The notes: generated by a model from the letters alone, not told the origin. Positions 44,746 through 54,351 are shown, numbered from the stretch's first letter. The stretch is 64,000 nt of DNA from an uncultured Chloroflexia bacterium (GCA_963729175.1 CAVSMY010000011.1:151926-215925); one strand, 5' to 3'. A program made the numbers and translations.

Positions 44746-46244
44746 GCCGGCACCTCCAGGAGGCCGATGGCGTCGTCGAGGCGGGCGAGGACACGGTCGC
44801 GGCCGAGCGCGACCAGCGTGTCGAACAGCGGCGGGGCGGACGTCTGGCCGGTGACCGCGACGCGGATCGCGGTGAACAGGTCACCGGCCTTCCAGCCGTG
44901 CGCTTCCGCGAGCCCCCGGAGCGGCGGCTCGAGCTCGTCGGCCTCGAAGGCGACCTCGCCGACCGCCGCGATCGCCTCGCGCGCAGCCTGCAGGCCGGCG
45001 ATCGTCGTCGCGACATCCCAGCGCTTCGGGACGAGGAGCGCCGGGTCGGGCGACACCGCGTCGCGCCACAGGAACCCGACAAGGTCGCCGATCGCGCCGA
45101 GGGTCGGGAGCCGCTCCTGGACGACCGGCAGCAGGGCGGTCAGCTCCTCGTCGGAGGGCATCCGGTCGATCCGGCCGGCCTCGCGCTCGTTCTGGATGAA
45201 TGGCCGCAGCCGGTCGACCAGGTCCTCGGGTGGGAGTCGGCGGATCCATTGGCCGTTCAGCCACTCGAGGCGCTCCCGGTCGAAGACGGCGCCGCCCTTG
45301 TGGACCTTCTCGAGTTCGAACCGCGCCGCGATGTCATCGAGCGAGAGGATCTCCTCCTCGGTCCCCGGCGACCAGCCGAGAAGGGCGAGGAAGTTGTCGA
45401 GCCCCTCCCGGATGAAGCCCTCCTCGATGTAGTCGCCGACGGCGGTCTGGGTCATCCGCTTGCTCATCTTCGTGCGGTCCGGGTTGAGGATGAGCGGCAG
45501 GTGGGCGAAGGCCGGGACCGGTTGGTCGAGCGCCCGGCTGAGGAGGATCTGCTTGGGCGTGTTCGAGATGTGGTCCTCGCCGCGGATGACGTGGCTGATC
45601 CGATCGCCGACGTCATCGACGACGACAGCGAAGTTGTAGAGCGGGGTCCCGTCGCTGCGGACGATGATGAAGTCGCCGCCGAGGTTCGCGACGTCGATCT
45701 CGACGCGCCCGCGGATCAGATCGTCGAACCCGACGACGCCTTCGCCGACCCGGAACCGCAGCGGCCCGCGATGTCCCTGGGCCTCCCGTGTCGCACGCTC
45801 CTCGGGACTCAGGTGAGCACAGCGGCCGACGTAGTGCGGAGCCTCGTGGGCGGCCTCCTGGGCCTTCTTGTCGGCCTCGAGCTGCTCAGGCGAGCAGTAG
45901 CAGGTGTAGGCCCGGTCCTCTGCGAGCAGCCGGTCGGCCGCCTCGCGATACCGAGGAAGCCGCTGCATCTGGCGATACGGCGCATACGGGCCGATGTCCG
46001 CGCCGCCGGCGACATCCGGCCCCTCGGTCCAGGTCAGCCCGAGCCAGTGGAGCCCGTCGAGGATGTCCTTCTCGTAGGCGATCGATGAGCGGGCGACGTC
46101 GGTGTCCTCGAGCCGGAGGATGAACGTCCCGCCGACGCGCCGGGCGAAGAGGTAGTTGTACAGCGCCGTCCGCGCCGTGCCGATGTGGAGCGGGCCCGTC
46201 GGCGACGGGGCGATCCGGACGCGGATCGGGGCCGGGTGGCTCAT
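44742..46244 (-). CDS. gltX: Glutamate--tRNA ligase
   Basis: In the ORF 44742..46586 frame from ATG 46244: VRIAPSPTGPLHIGTARTALYNYLFAR...RLEDTD...HVIRGEDHISNTPKQ...KMSKR. ATGA overlaps at both ends. Confidence 0.95.
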   Translation of the reverse strand: MSHPAPIRVRIAPSPTGPLHIGTARTALYNYLFARRVGGTFILRLEDTDVARSSIAYEKDILDGLHWLGLTWTEGPDVAGGADIGPYAPYRQMQRLPRYREAADRLLAEDRAYTCYCSPEQLEADKKAQEAAHEAPHYVGRCAHLSPEERATREAQGHRGPLRFRVGEGVVGFDDLIRGRVEIDVANLGGDFIIVRSDGTPLYNFAVVVDDVGDRISHVIRGEDHISNTPKQILLSRALDQPVPAFAHLPLILNPDRTKMSKRMTQTAVGDYIEEGFIREGLDNFLALLGWSPGTEEEILSLDDIAARFELEKVHKGGAVFDRERLEWLNGQWIRRLPPEDLVDRLRPFIQNEREAGRIDRMPSDEELTALLPVVQERLPTLGAIGDLVGFLWRDAVSPDPALLVPKRWDVATTIAGLQAAREAIAAVGEVAFEADELEPPLRGLAEAHGWKAGDLFTAIRVAVTGQTSAPPLFDTLVALGRDRVLARLDDAIGLLEVPA

Positions 46245-46981
46245 GCGCCTGCCCGGTCGGCCGACGGCACGTGATGGAACAGGGCCGGATCCGCCTCGCC
46301 GAGGATGACCCGGATCAGGCCGGCCGGTCGAAGGCCCAGCGTCGCCCGGCCGCGCGGCCCGTCGAGCGTCAGCGAGTCGAGCGACTCGGAGCGGGCGAGG
46401 ATCGTGATCGAGGCGCCCGGCGTGAGCGCCCGGGCCTCGAGGTACGACAGCAACCCGGCGTCCTCCTCCGCCTCCTCCGTGATCCGGTAGACGGTCGCGT
46501 GCTGGCCGGCCTCGACCTCGCTCAGCGGCACGCCCGCCGGACGCCGCCGAGCCGTCTCCGCGTCGATCGGGTTGCCGTGCGGGCATGTCTCGGGATGGCC
46601 GAGCAGCTCGTCGAGGCGGGCCTCGACACGTGGCGAGATCGCGCCCTGGAGCCTGCCGGCCTCCTCGTCCGACTCAGCCCAGCCGAGACCGACGAGCGAC
46701 GTGAGCAGCCACTCGAGCAACGCATGTCGCCGGAAGATGCCGTCCGCCGCGGCACGCCCGGCCTTGGTCAGGTGGAGGTCACGCGCATCGGCCTGGGCGA
46801 CGAGCCCGTCGGCGATGAGCCGCTTGAACATCTCGCTCGACGCCTGGGTCGAGACGCCGAGACGCCGGCCGACCTGAGCGGCCGTGACGCGCGAATCGCG
46901 GTCACCGGCCATGACCCGGAGGGTCAGCAGATACTCCTGGGCAGCGCTGGAGATCTCGCTCGCGTCGTGATGGCGGGGCAC
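46241..46981 (-). CDS. DtxR/IdeR/MntR-family metal-dependent transcriptional regulator with C-terminal FeoA/SH3-like domain
   Basis: ORF 46241..46981. QEYLLTLRVMAGD...VTAAQVGRRLGVSTQASSEMFKRLIADGLV, RRHALLEWLL, ETCPHGNPI. Confidence 0.85.
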   Translation of the reverse strand: MPRHHDASEISSAAQEYLLTLRVMAGDRDSRVTAAQVGRRLGVSTQASSEMFKRLIADGLVAQADARDLHLTKAGRAAADGIFRRHALLEWLLTSLVGLGWAESDEEAGRLQGAISPRVEARLDELLGHPETCPHGNPIDAETARRRPAGVPLSEVEAGQHATVYRITEEAEEDAGLLSYLEARALTPGASITILARSESLDSLTLDGPRGRATLGLRPAGLIRVILGEADPALFHHVPSADRAGA

Positions 46982-47063
46982 CTCCCGATGGTACCCGCGG
47001 GTCAGCCGATGCGGGGGGTCGACGGGTTGACCCGGGCGCGGTGGCGCTCTCGGGAGCCCGAGC

Positions 47064-48435
47064 TCAGCCGACGCGCGCCCTCCCGACGAGCAGCACGGCG
47101 AGCGAGGTGAGCCCGCCGACGGCGATCGGGAACAGGAGTCCGAGACCGGCGAGACCGCCGTCCGCGGTCGGGCCCATGCTCAGCAGACCGATGGTCGTCG
47201 GGATCAGGGCCAGGCCACCGGCGACGAGCCCGGCCGTCAGGGCGGGGCCGCCGCCGCCACCTCCGCTGGCCCGGTGATGGTCTGCGCTCGGTCGGTCCCC
47301 CGTCGGACGGCTGGCGGCGCCGGGACGGACGTCGCCCGGGGGCGGGGCGGTGGCCGCCGGACCACGCTGTGCTGTTCCCGGATCCCGCCGGGCGTCGGAC
47401 GGACCAGTGGACGTCGACGCGGTCCAGCCCTGGGCCCATGGGTCCGTCCCGGGAGGCGGTGGGCTGGGAGCGGGGCGCGGCCGCGGCGCCGCGGGCTCGG
47501 CCTCGACCTCGACCTCGGCGTCGATCCCCGATGCGGCCGTCGAACCGGCGGAGCCGGGCCCGGGACCCGATGGCGTCGCCGTCGCGCGGCGGGCCCGCGC
47601 CTGGTACTCGGGCCCGTGCTTGCGCGGGTCGGCGTACTCCTTCGGGTTGATGGTCCAGTACGTGCCGCTCGACGTCCCATACCAGCTGCTGCCCTGCCAG
47701 CCCGGCTCGAAGGGATCGTGGGCGGCCTCGTCATACGACGTCGAGGTGAGGGTCGCCTTGCGTCGCGTCCCGGAGCGTCGGCCGGCCCGCGCGCCGCGAC
47801 TCGAGCGCGCACCCGGCTCACCGCTCCCGCCAGGCGGCGCAGCCGGACCTGCGGCATCGCCGCCCGGCCGCTCGGTCCGCCGCCCGCTCGGCCGCTGCTT
47901 GGTCCGCGGACCGTCCGGACCCGGTCGCTGCGCCCCTGCCGTGCCTCCCGTAGACCCGCCCTTGCCGGCGGATCCGGCTGGGGGTCCAGCTGTCGTGGAT
48001 CCGGCCGACGTGCGATCCGGCCGACGTGGATCCGGCCGACGTGGATCCGGCCTTCCACCACGCTCCGGTGCCGGGCGCACTGCCGCCGGCTCGATCGCGC
48101 TTCGGACCGGGACCTGCGTCTCCGGTCGAGGATCCGTCGGTCCGCGTGCCGGCGCGACCGGCTCGATACCGGTATGCATCGCGCGTCGCCCGGGCGCGGC
48201 CCGGGTCCGCCTCCCACGGTCGCGCCGTCGGGCGGCTCGTCGCGCGACGACCGGGAGGGCGGGTCGGGAAGACGATCGTCTCGTAGGCAACCTGGATCGC
48301 GAGGAATCGCTCGGTCGCGGCGTCGCCCGCGGTGTCGGGGTGATACCGCTTGGCGAGGCGCCGATAGGCCCGCTTCACGTCGTCGAGCGAGGCACCCGGC
48401 TCCAGCCCGAGCGTCTGATACGGATCCGTGGTCAC
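47064..48435 (-). pseudogene. J-domain (DnaJ-like) membrane protein, one frameshift inside a tandem repeat
   Basis: J domain DPYQTLGLEPGASLDDVKRAYRRLAKRYHPDT (ORF 47818..48435). A long Gly/Ser/Pro/Arg-rich region. Conserved-looking block SYDEAAHDPFEPGWQGSSWYGTSSGTYWTINPKEYADPRKHGPEYQ and C-terminal TM segments (ORF 47064..48290). Confidence 0.7.
47995..48052. repeat. 15-bp tandem repeat (gtggatccggccgac) x about 3.8, one unit 16 bp
   Basis: Units at 47995-48009, 48010-48025 (gtgcgatccggccgac, one extra c), 48026-48040 and 48041-48052. Encodes (STSAG)n on the minus strand. Confidence 0.85.
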
Positions 48436-48504
48436 CTGTGTCCCATCACCGCGCCGACCGCGGTCGGCGTCCGGGCGAGCGATCGCTCGCCGCTGCGGTG
48501 AACG

Positions 48505-49686
48505 CTACCCGATGAGCTCGCCGACCGGGACCAGCTCGAAGTCGACGATCGATTCGGCGGCCAGCCGGCCATGCGGGTCCACCTCCGTCGGTCGGTGATA
48601 GCGGCCGAGCTGGCGGAGCGGCGCGCGGTCGAGGATGCCCGCCTGGCGGACCGCCTCGATGGACGCCGCCCACGTCCCGCGCTCGTAGCCGTCGCCATCC
48701 TCGATCTTGAGGGCCAGCCCGGACGGCCCGGCCAGGCCGTTGCCGTTCCTGGGCCCACGGAGGATCGCCACGCCCCGGAGGGCCTCCATCCCGCCCTTGC
48801 TCACGACCCGTCCGGGGACGGCCTTCATGAGCGAGGTATCGAGCCGGTCGCGCGACCCGGCGACCATCTCGGGGTGGCCGAGCATCGCGTCGCGGATGAT
48901 CGTGAGCGCGCTCGCGAGCGCGTGGCGAGGGTCGGTCGCGGCCACGGATGCCGGCTCGGCGAGCATCGCGTAGGCCCGGGCGACATCCCGCAGCGGGAAG
49001 GCGTACGTCGAGATGCCGCAGCCATCGATCGCCAGACGGAGACCGGTCGGCTCGGTGCCGAAGGCTCGCGCGACCGCTTCCCGGTACACGACCTGGGCGG
49101 GATGGTCGTCGAGCCAGTAGCCGTCGGGGTCCCAGTCGTTCAGCCTGCTGAGCAGCAGGAAGACCGAGTGTTGGCCCGAGCACATGTGCCGGATCGGCCC
49201 GGCCTTCTCGCCGTCACGTGCCAGTCGCGCGGCCGTCAGGGCGTCGAGCGGCATCCCCTCCGCGCCGCAGGCGAGGACCGCCTGGCTCACGTTGACCCGT
49301 CGATACATCGCCTGGAGCGTGCGGACGTGGAGGTCCTCGCCCGAGTGCGAGCTCGCCATGATCGCGATCTCCGGCGCCTGGAGATCGAATGCCTCGATGC
49401 CGCCGGCGAGGATCAGCGAGAGGAGCCCGAACGGCTTCACGGTGCTTCGGAGCGTCACCAGCCGGTCGGGGTCGCCGAGGAGGCGGATGAGATGGCCGTT
49501 CGCGTCCGTCTCGACGATATGGCCGCGGTGGACGCTCTCTTCGATCCCGTTCCGGACGACACGGACGAGGACCGGCGCCGCCTGAGGGGCAGCCCGCGTG
49601 CCGGGCCGCCGCGTGGCATGAGCCACCCCGTTCGACGAGGCGACGAGGCGATCGGGAGCTCGTTTCGCGGGCACGGACGAGCGCAT
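48505..49686 (-). CDS. Asparaginase II family protein (Rhizobium-type L-asparaginase)
   Basis: ORF 48505..49761, with Met at 49686. VVRNGIEESVHRGHIV, RSTVKPFG, MASSHSGEDLH, IRHMCSGQH, IDGCG, SKGGMEAL. Confidence 0.8.
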   Translation of the reverse strand: MRSSVPAKRAPDRLVASSNGVAHATRRPGTRAAPQAAPVLVRVVRNGIEESVHRGHIVETDANGHLIRLLGDPDRLVTLRSTVKPFGLLSLILAGGIEAFDLQAPEIAIMASSHSGEDLHVRTLQAMYRRVNVSQAVLACGAEGMPLDALTAARLARDGEKAGPIRHMCSGQHSVFLLLSRLNDWDPDGYWLDDHPAQVVYREAVARAFGTEPTGLRLAIDGCGISTYAFPLRDVARAYAMLAEPASVAATDPRHALASALTIIRDAMLGHPEMVAGSRDRLDTSLMKAVPGRVVSKGGMEALRGVAILRGPRNGNGLAGPSGLALKIEDGDGYERGTWAASIEAVRQAGILDRAPLRQLGRYHRPTEVDPHGRLAAESIVDFELVPVGELIG

Positions 49687-49998
49687 CTCCGCATGGGCCG
49701 GCACGCGCGCCGACGGTCTTCCGAGGATAGCGCGGCGGCGGCCGGTCAGGGGCCGGTCCAAGCAGCGGTCGGACCGCGAGACGACCGTCCGTGGGCACCC
49801 GTCCGGCCGTCGTCGCGGTCCAGCCGCGGCCTCCGACGCTAGGCGGAGCGATCCGGCGGGTCAAGGGTCGCGGTGCCTCCGCGCACCGCTCAGGGGCACC
49901 ACCGCGGTGCGGCGAGCCGGTGCTAGCATCGACCACGACCCCGTCGCCCCCCGTCCTGCCGGCACACCGTGGCCGCGCTCATCGCCCGGAGGACTCCC

Positions 49999-50661
49999 GT
50001 GACCGACGTCGCGACCCTGCCGTCGACCGTCCACGTCTCGACCCATCCCGCGGTCAAGCACAAGCTCGGCATCCTGCGGGACGTCGCGACGGAACCGAAG
50101 AAGTTCCGGGAGGTCGTCCGGGAGCTGTCGTGGCTGCTGGGCTACGAGGCCCTCGCCGACGCCCGCGTCCACCCGCTGACGGTCCGAACCCCGCTCGAGA
50201 CGATCGAGGGCGAGGAGCTGGGCGAGCGGATCGGCCTCATCCCGATCCTCCGGGCCGGGCTCGGGATGGTCGACGCGATGCTCGAGCTCATGCCGACCGC
50301 CCAGGTCTGGCACCTCGGGCTGTTCCGGGACGAGCGGACGCTCCGACCGGTCGAGTACTACAACAAGCTGCCCGACTCGGCGACCGTCGACCTGTGCCTC
50401 ATCCTCGACCCGATGCTCGCGACCGGCGGCTCGGCGACCGCGGCCATCGACGTCCTCAAGCGCTGGGGCGCGGTGACGCCGGTCCGGATCAAGCTCATCA
50501 ACCTCATCGCTGCGCCGGAGGGCATCGCGGCGGTGACGGCGGCGCATCCCGACGTCCACATCCACGCTGCGGCACTCGATCGCGAGCTGAACGACCGGGG
50601 CTATATCCTGCCCGGCCTCGGCGACGCCGGCGACCGCCAGTTCGGGACCGGCCACGGCTGA
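49999..50661 (+). CDS. upp: Uracil phosphoribosyltransferase
   Basis: In the ORF 49969..50661 frame. GTG 49999 with GGAGGA (49988-49993) 5 nt upstream. [47 protein letters not shown]. Confidence 0.9.
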   Translation: MTDVATLPSTVHVSTHPAVKHKLGILRDVATEPKKFREVVRELSWLLGYEALADARVHPLTVRTPLETIEGEELGERIGLIPILRAGLGMVDAMLELMPTAQVWHLGLFRDERTLRPVEYYNKLPDSATVDLCLILDPMLATGGSATAAIDVLKRWGAVTPVRIKLINLIAAPEGIAAVTAAHPDVHIHAAALDRELNDRGYILPGLGDAGDRQFGTGHG

Positions 50662-50676
50662 TCGCCGCGTCGCGCG

Positions 50677-52026
50677 ATGCCCCCGAGTCCGTCGTATCCG
50701 TTCGTCCCCCGGACCACCACCCAGCTGAAGGCCGGCCAGTTCTGGCCGATCGCGCTGTCCGATGGCCGGTTCGCGTGCGGTCGGGTGCTCGGTCTGCGGC
50801 GATCCGGGCGACCCTCGCGGATGTGGTTCGTCGCCGGCCTCCTCGATTGGGTCGGGACGGCGCCGCCGACACCCGAGACGATCGCCGAAGCCCGGCCGTT
50901 CGCGGTCGGCATCGCCCGCATCGAGGCGATCTCCGAGGGCGGTGGGGCGATCATCGGCGAGCGACCGCTCGAGCTCGACGGCATCGAGCGGCCCGACGAC
51001 CCGAACACGTACTGGGGGATCCCCTTCCCGCGACTCCGGGCAGAGCAGCGGTTCATCGCCGGTGATCCGCCGCCCACCTCGGAGCGGCGCCATGTCTCGT
51101 CGCCGTTGACGGCCGAGATGCTGCGACCGTCACCGACCGGTCGGGGGCAGGTCCAGTTCGACCGTCTCCTGACCGACGACGACTTCCGGGCCATGGCCGA
51201 GTGGTTCCGGCAGTACCCAGAGATGTCCCTCCGCGCCTACGGGGGATACGACGGCTCGATCCGGGACCTCGAGTTCCTGCGCTTCTTCCCGTCGCTGCGG
51301 AGCCTCAGCGTCGACGCGCTGTACGACCGGATCACCTCCCTCGACGGACTCCGGCACTTGTCGGACGACGTCGAGGAACTCGGGATCGGGGCGACGAAGG
51401 CTCGGCTCGACCTGGCCTCGATCGAGCGCTTCAGTGGCCTCCGGACGCTGTACCTCGAGGGCCAGATGAAGCACATCGAGGTCCTCTCCCGGCTGACCCG
51501 GCTGGAGGACCTCACGCTCCGCTCGATCAGCCTGCCCGACCTGTCGCTCCTCCTGCCGCTCCGCCGGCTCCGGTCATTCGACCTCAAGCTGGGCGGGACG
51601 CGCGACCTGCGCCTGCTGCCACGGATCGGCGAGCTCCGCTACCTGGAGCTGTGGCTGATCAAGGGCCTCGACGATCTGTCCGTGGTCGGCGAGATCGCGT
51701 CCCTCCGGTCGCTGTTCCTCCAGGCCCTGCGACGCGTAGACCGGCTACCCGACCTAGGAAAGGCGACGATGCTCCGGCGGGTCCACCTCGAGACGATGAA
51801 GGGCCTTCGCGACCTCACACCGCTGACGACGGCTCCGGCTCTCGCTGAGCTTGTCCTCATCGACATGCCCCAGCTGACGCTCGGCGATCTGGAGCCGCTT
51901 CGAACGTCGACCTCGCTGCGAGCCGTGACCTTCGGCCTCGGCAGCATCCGCCGGAGTGCGCAGGCGCAGGCCCTCCTGGGCCTCCCCCGGGTCGAGACGT
52001 CGTTCGACTGGCGGGCCGATCCGTGA
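50677..52026 (+). CDS. Leucine-rich repeat protein with unrelated N-terminal ~150-aa domain
   Basis: ORF 50677..52026. The C-terminal 270 aa hold about 10 LRR-like units of ~22-24 aa (LRSLSVDALYDRITSLDGLRHL, LRTLYLEGQMKHIEVLSRLTRLEDLTLRSISLPDLSLLLPLRRLRSFDLKLGG, LRYLELWLIKGLDDLSVVGEIASLRSLFL...). No signal peptide. Confidence 0.75.
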   Translation: MPPSPSYPFVPRTTTQLKAGQFWPIALSDGRFACGRVLGLRRSGRPSRMWFVAGLLDWVGTAPPTPETIAEARPFAVGIARIEAISEGGGAIIGERPLELDGIERPDDPNTYWGIPFPRLRAEQRFIAGDPPPTSERRHVSSPLTAEMLRPSPTGRGQVQFDRLLTDDDFRAMAEWFRQYPEMSLRAYGGYDGSIRDLEFLRFFPSLRSLSVDALYDRITSLDGLRHLSDDVEELGIGATKARLDLASIERFSGLRTLYLEGQMKHIEVLSRLTRLEDLTLRSISLPDLSLLLPLRRLRSFDLKLGGTRDLRLLPRIGELRYLELWLIKGLDDLSVVGEIASLRSLFLQALRRVDRLPDLGKATMLRRVHLETMKGLRDLTPLTTAPALAELVLIDMPQLTLGDLEPLRTSTSLRAVTFGLGSIRRSAQAQALLGLPRVETSFDWRADP

Positions 52027-52079
52027 TGCGGGCGAGCCGTCCAGGGGCCCGCGAGAGCTGATCTGGGCGCGGGCTCGGT

Positions 52080-53354
52080 TCAGTCCTGGATCGCTCGTCC
52101 GTCCGCGATCGTCCGGATCCGTGGCAGCGGCGAGAACACGAGGAACAGGATCGACACGGCCATCCCGAACCAGCCCAGCGCGATCCCGCCGCGGACGCCG
52201 ATCACGCCCGCGACGGCAGCAGCCACCAGCGCACCGATCGGATAGGCGATCCCGTGCGAGAACACCTCGAGCGTGGCGTTGACACGGCCCAGCACGTGAT
52301 CGGGGCTGAGGCCCTGGATCACGGACAGCTCGGCGACCCCCTCGATCGTCTGCAGGCCATCGCCGAACAATTGCGGGATGAGCACCATGAGCGTCGCGAG
52401 CAGCAGCGGTCCCTGGGCTAGCGGCGTCAGGATGCCGAGCGCCGATGCACCGACCGCCGTCCAGATGAGGGCCGGCCCGAGCCCCATGATGCGGATGACC
52501 CGCGACGCGAACAGTGAGCCGACCAGCGCTCCGACGCCGCCCGCTGAGACGACGACGCCGAGCAGGAACGGCGACAGGTGCAGATCGTCGATGAGATAGA
52601 TCGTGTACAGGACGCCGTAGAACGACCCAGCGACGTGAGCGACCACCGATCGCATGACGATCGGAAAGAGCACCCGGTGGTGCCGGACGAGCCGGAGGCC
52701 TTCGACGATCTCCAGGCGGATCGCCGTCGTGGTCGTTCTCGCCGGGCGAGGTGGCTCCGGTGTCCGGATGAGGAGCAGCGACACGGCCGACACGGCGAAC
52801 GACACCGCATCGACCAGGATCGCGAAGGGGGCGCTCACCAGCTGGACCAGGGCGCCGGCGAGACCGGGGCCGCCGATCTCGGCGAGCGACGAGCTGGTCG
52901 CGAGCTTGCTGTTGCCATCGACGACCCGATCGACGCCGATCAACGACGGGACATAGGCGGGATAGGCCGCATCGAACAGCGCGCCGAGGCAGCCCTCGAG
53001 GAACGTCACGAGGTAGAGCTGCTCCATCCGCAGTGCGCCGGCGGCGTACGCGATCGGGATCGAGGCCAGGAGCAGCGACCTGACCGCGTCCGCGCCGATC
53101 AGGATCGGCCTGCGCCGAAGACGGTCCACCCAGGCTCCCGCGAAGAGACCGACGAGGAGGACGGCGAGACTGCCGGCGACCACCAGGAGCGCCATATCCG
53201 TCGGACCCGCCCCGAGGACGAGCAGTGCGACGAGCGGGACAGCCGTGCGGGTCACGACCGTTCCGAGCTCGGACACGGTCTGGCCCGTCCACAGCTTCAG
53301 GAAGTCGGCGTGTCGCCAGAGCGATGGAGCTGTCTCGGCGTCGCGATGGGTCAC
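52080..53354 (-). CDS. MFS transporter
   Basis: ORF 52080..53354. WRHADFLKLWTGQTVSELGT, GAWVDRLRRRPILI, 12 hydrophobic segments. Confidence 0.85.
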   Translation of the reverse strand: MTHRDAETAPSLWRHADFLKLWTGQTVSELGTVVTRTAVPLVALLVLGAGPTDMALLVVAGSLAVLLVGLFAGAWVDRLRRRPILIGADAVRSLLLASIPIAYAAGALRMEQLYLVTFLEGCLGALFDAAYPAYVPSLIGVDRVVDGNSKLATSSSLAEIGGPGLAGALVQLVSAPFAILVDAVSFAVSAVSLLLIRTPEPPRPARTTTTAIRLEIVEGLRLVRHHRVLFPIVMRSVVAHVAGSFYGVLYTIYLIDDLHLSPFLLGVVVSAGGVGALVGSLFASRVIRIMGLGPALIWTAVGASALGILTPLAQGPLLLATLMVLIPQLFGDGLQTIEGVAELSVIQGLSPDHVLGRVNATLEVFSHGIAYPIGALVAAAVAGVIGVRGGIALGWFGMAVSILFLVFSPLPRIRTIADGRAIQD

Positions 53355-53421
53355 GACTCCCAGACTAGGACGACGGAGACACCGGTACGGGCTCGATCGA
53401 CGCCTCGAGCCGGTGGCTCAG

Positions 53422-53829
53422 TCATCGGGGCTTCGGGCCGGTCGCGTCCGCTCGGACCGCCCGGGACTCGAGGAAGTCGGCGACCCCGAGCATTCGCAGG
53501 GGCGGGCGGACGAACCAGGGAACCGCGCGGCGTGCCGGGTCCCGGTACAGGCGCGGCTCGCTCAGCACCCACGTATCGCGCGATCCCCGGAACGTTCCAC
53601 CGCCCGTCGCGATGACGTTGAGGACCCAGTCGCTCGACCGGCCGTAGGTGATCGCGAACGTCAGGCGATCGCCATGGCGGAACGCGAGGAGCGGGGTCGC
53701 GTACGTTCGCCCGGAGCGGCGTCCGACATGCTCGAGCTCGCCGAAGCCGGGCAGATGCCGCACGACCGGCCAGAGGAGCCGGTTCGTGACCCGTGCATTG
53801 AGGCGACCGAGCGACCGGGGCAGCGGCAC
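53422..53829 (-). CDS. Nitroreductase-family deazaflavin (F420)-dependent oxidoreductase-like protein (DUF385 type)
   Basis: In the ORF 53422..53910 frame from GTG 53829, 8 nt after the upstream stop. VTNRLLWPVVRHLPGFGELEHVGRRSGRTYATPLLAFRHGDRLTFAITYG..DWVLNV. Confidence 0.7.
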   Translation of the reverse strand: MPLPRSLGRLNARVTNRLLWPVVRHLPGFGELEHVGRRSGRTYATPLLAFRHGDRLTFAITYGRSSDWVLNVIATGGGTFRGSRDTWVLSEPRLYRDPARRAVPWFVRPPLRMLGVADFLESRAVRADATGPKPR

Positions 53830-53836
53830 CGTCGGG

Positions 53837-54211
53837 TCAGCGGGGGACGAGCCGCAGGGTCGAGACGACGGCCGCGGCGGACACGACCGTGCCGACGGTC
53901 CGCGGCCCATAGCGGTCGTACTTCGCGTGGTAGGCCGAGGTCACTGACTCGGCGATGTCGCCATCCGGCACCTCGAACGTGACGTCCCTCTCGACACCGC
54001 CCGCCGCGACGCGACCCTGGCCGGCGCGGAGCGCTCGCTGGAACCACGGGTTGTCGTGCCCGTGAGCCGAGCGGACATAGAGCTCGTCGGCGTCGCGGAC
54101 GACCCACATCGTCACGGGCTTCGTCAGGCTGCCATCCGTCCGTCGAGAGGCGAGCCGTAGTTCGTCGGCCCGACCGATCCGGTCGAGCTCGTCCGCGGTC
54201 CAGCTGCTCAT
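53837..54211 (-). CDS. DUF2255 family protein
   Basis: ORF 53837..54211. WTADELDRIGRADELRLASRRTDGSLTKPVTMWVVRDADELYVRSAHG...AYHAKYDRYG...STLRLVPR. Confidence 0.7.
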   Translation of the reverse strand: MSSWTADELDRIGRADELRLASRRTDGSLTKPVTMWVVRDADELYVRSAHGHDNPWFQRALRAGQGRVAAGGVERDVTFEVPDGDIAESVTSAYHAKYDRYGPRTVGTVVSAAAVVSTLRLVPR

Positions 54212-54351
54212 CGGCTGACCCCCACGCGCACGAGCGACTTGATCGCCCGCCGCTCGTCCATCTCCTTGTAGCCCTCGACGATGCGGTCGAGGTCGGTCTC
54301 GAAGTCGAACACCCGGATGTCGCGCGGCCCGTTGAAGATCGCTGCTCGCAT
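54208..54351 (-). pseudogene. Remnant of a Zn-dependent (MDR) alcohol/formaldehyde dehydrogenase: N- and C-termini fused, about 300 codons missing
   Basis: Own translation: MRAAIFNGPRDIRVFDFETDLDRIVEGYKEMDERRAIKSLVRVGVSR (47 aa). The start resembles the MDR N-terminus (MKAAVxxGPxDIRV), and the end resembles the MDR C-terminus (LDxIxEGYxxMDxRxAIKxLV). ATGA overlap with the DUF2255 start. Confidence 0.5.

Noticed and set aside
49870-49910. Alternative hairpins in the upp leader. gcggtgc occurs twice (49870, 49904) and gcaccgc/gcacc occur between them, suggesting an attenuator.
   Set aside because: The stems are only 5-7 bp in about 75 percent GC sequence, so chance complementarity is likely. 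There is no U-tract, no leader peptide and no recognisable PyrR-binding loop.
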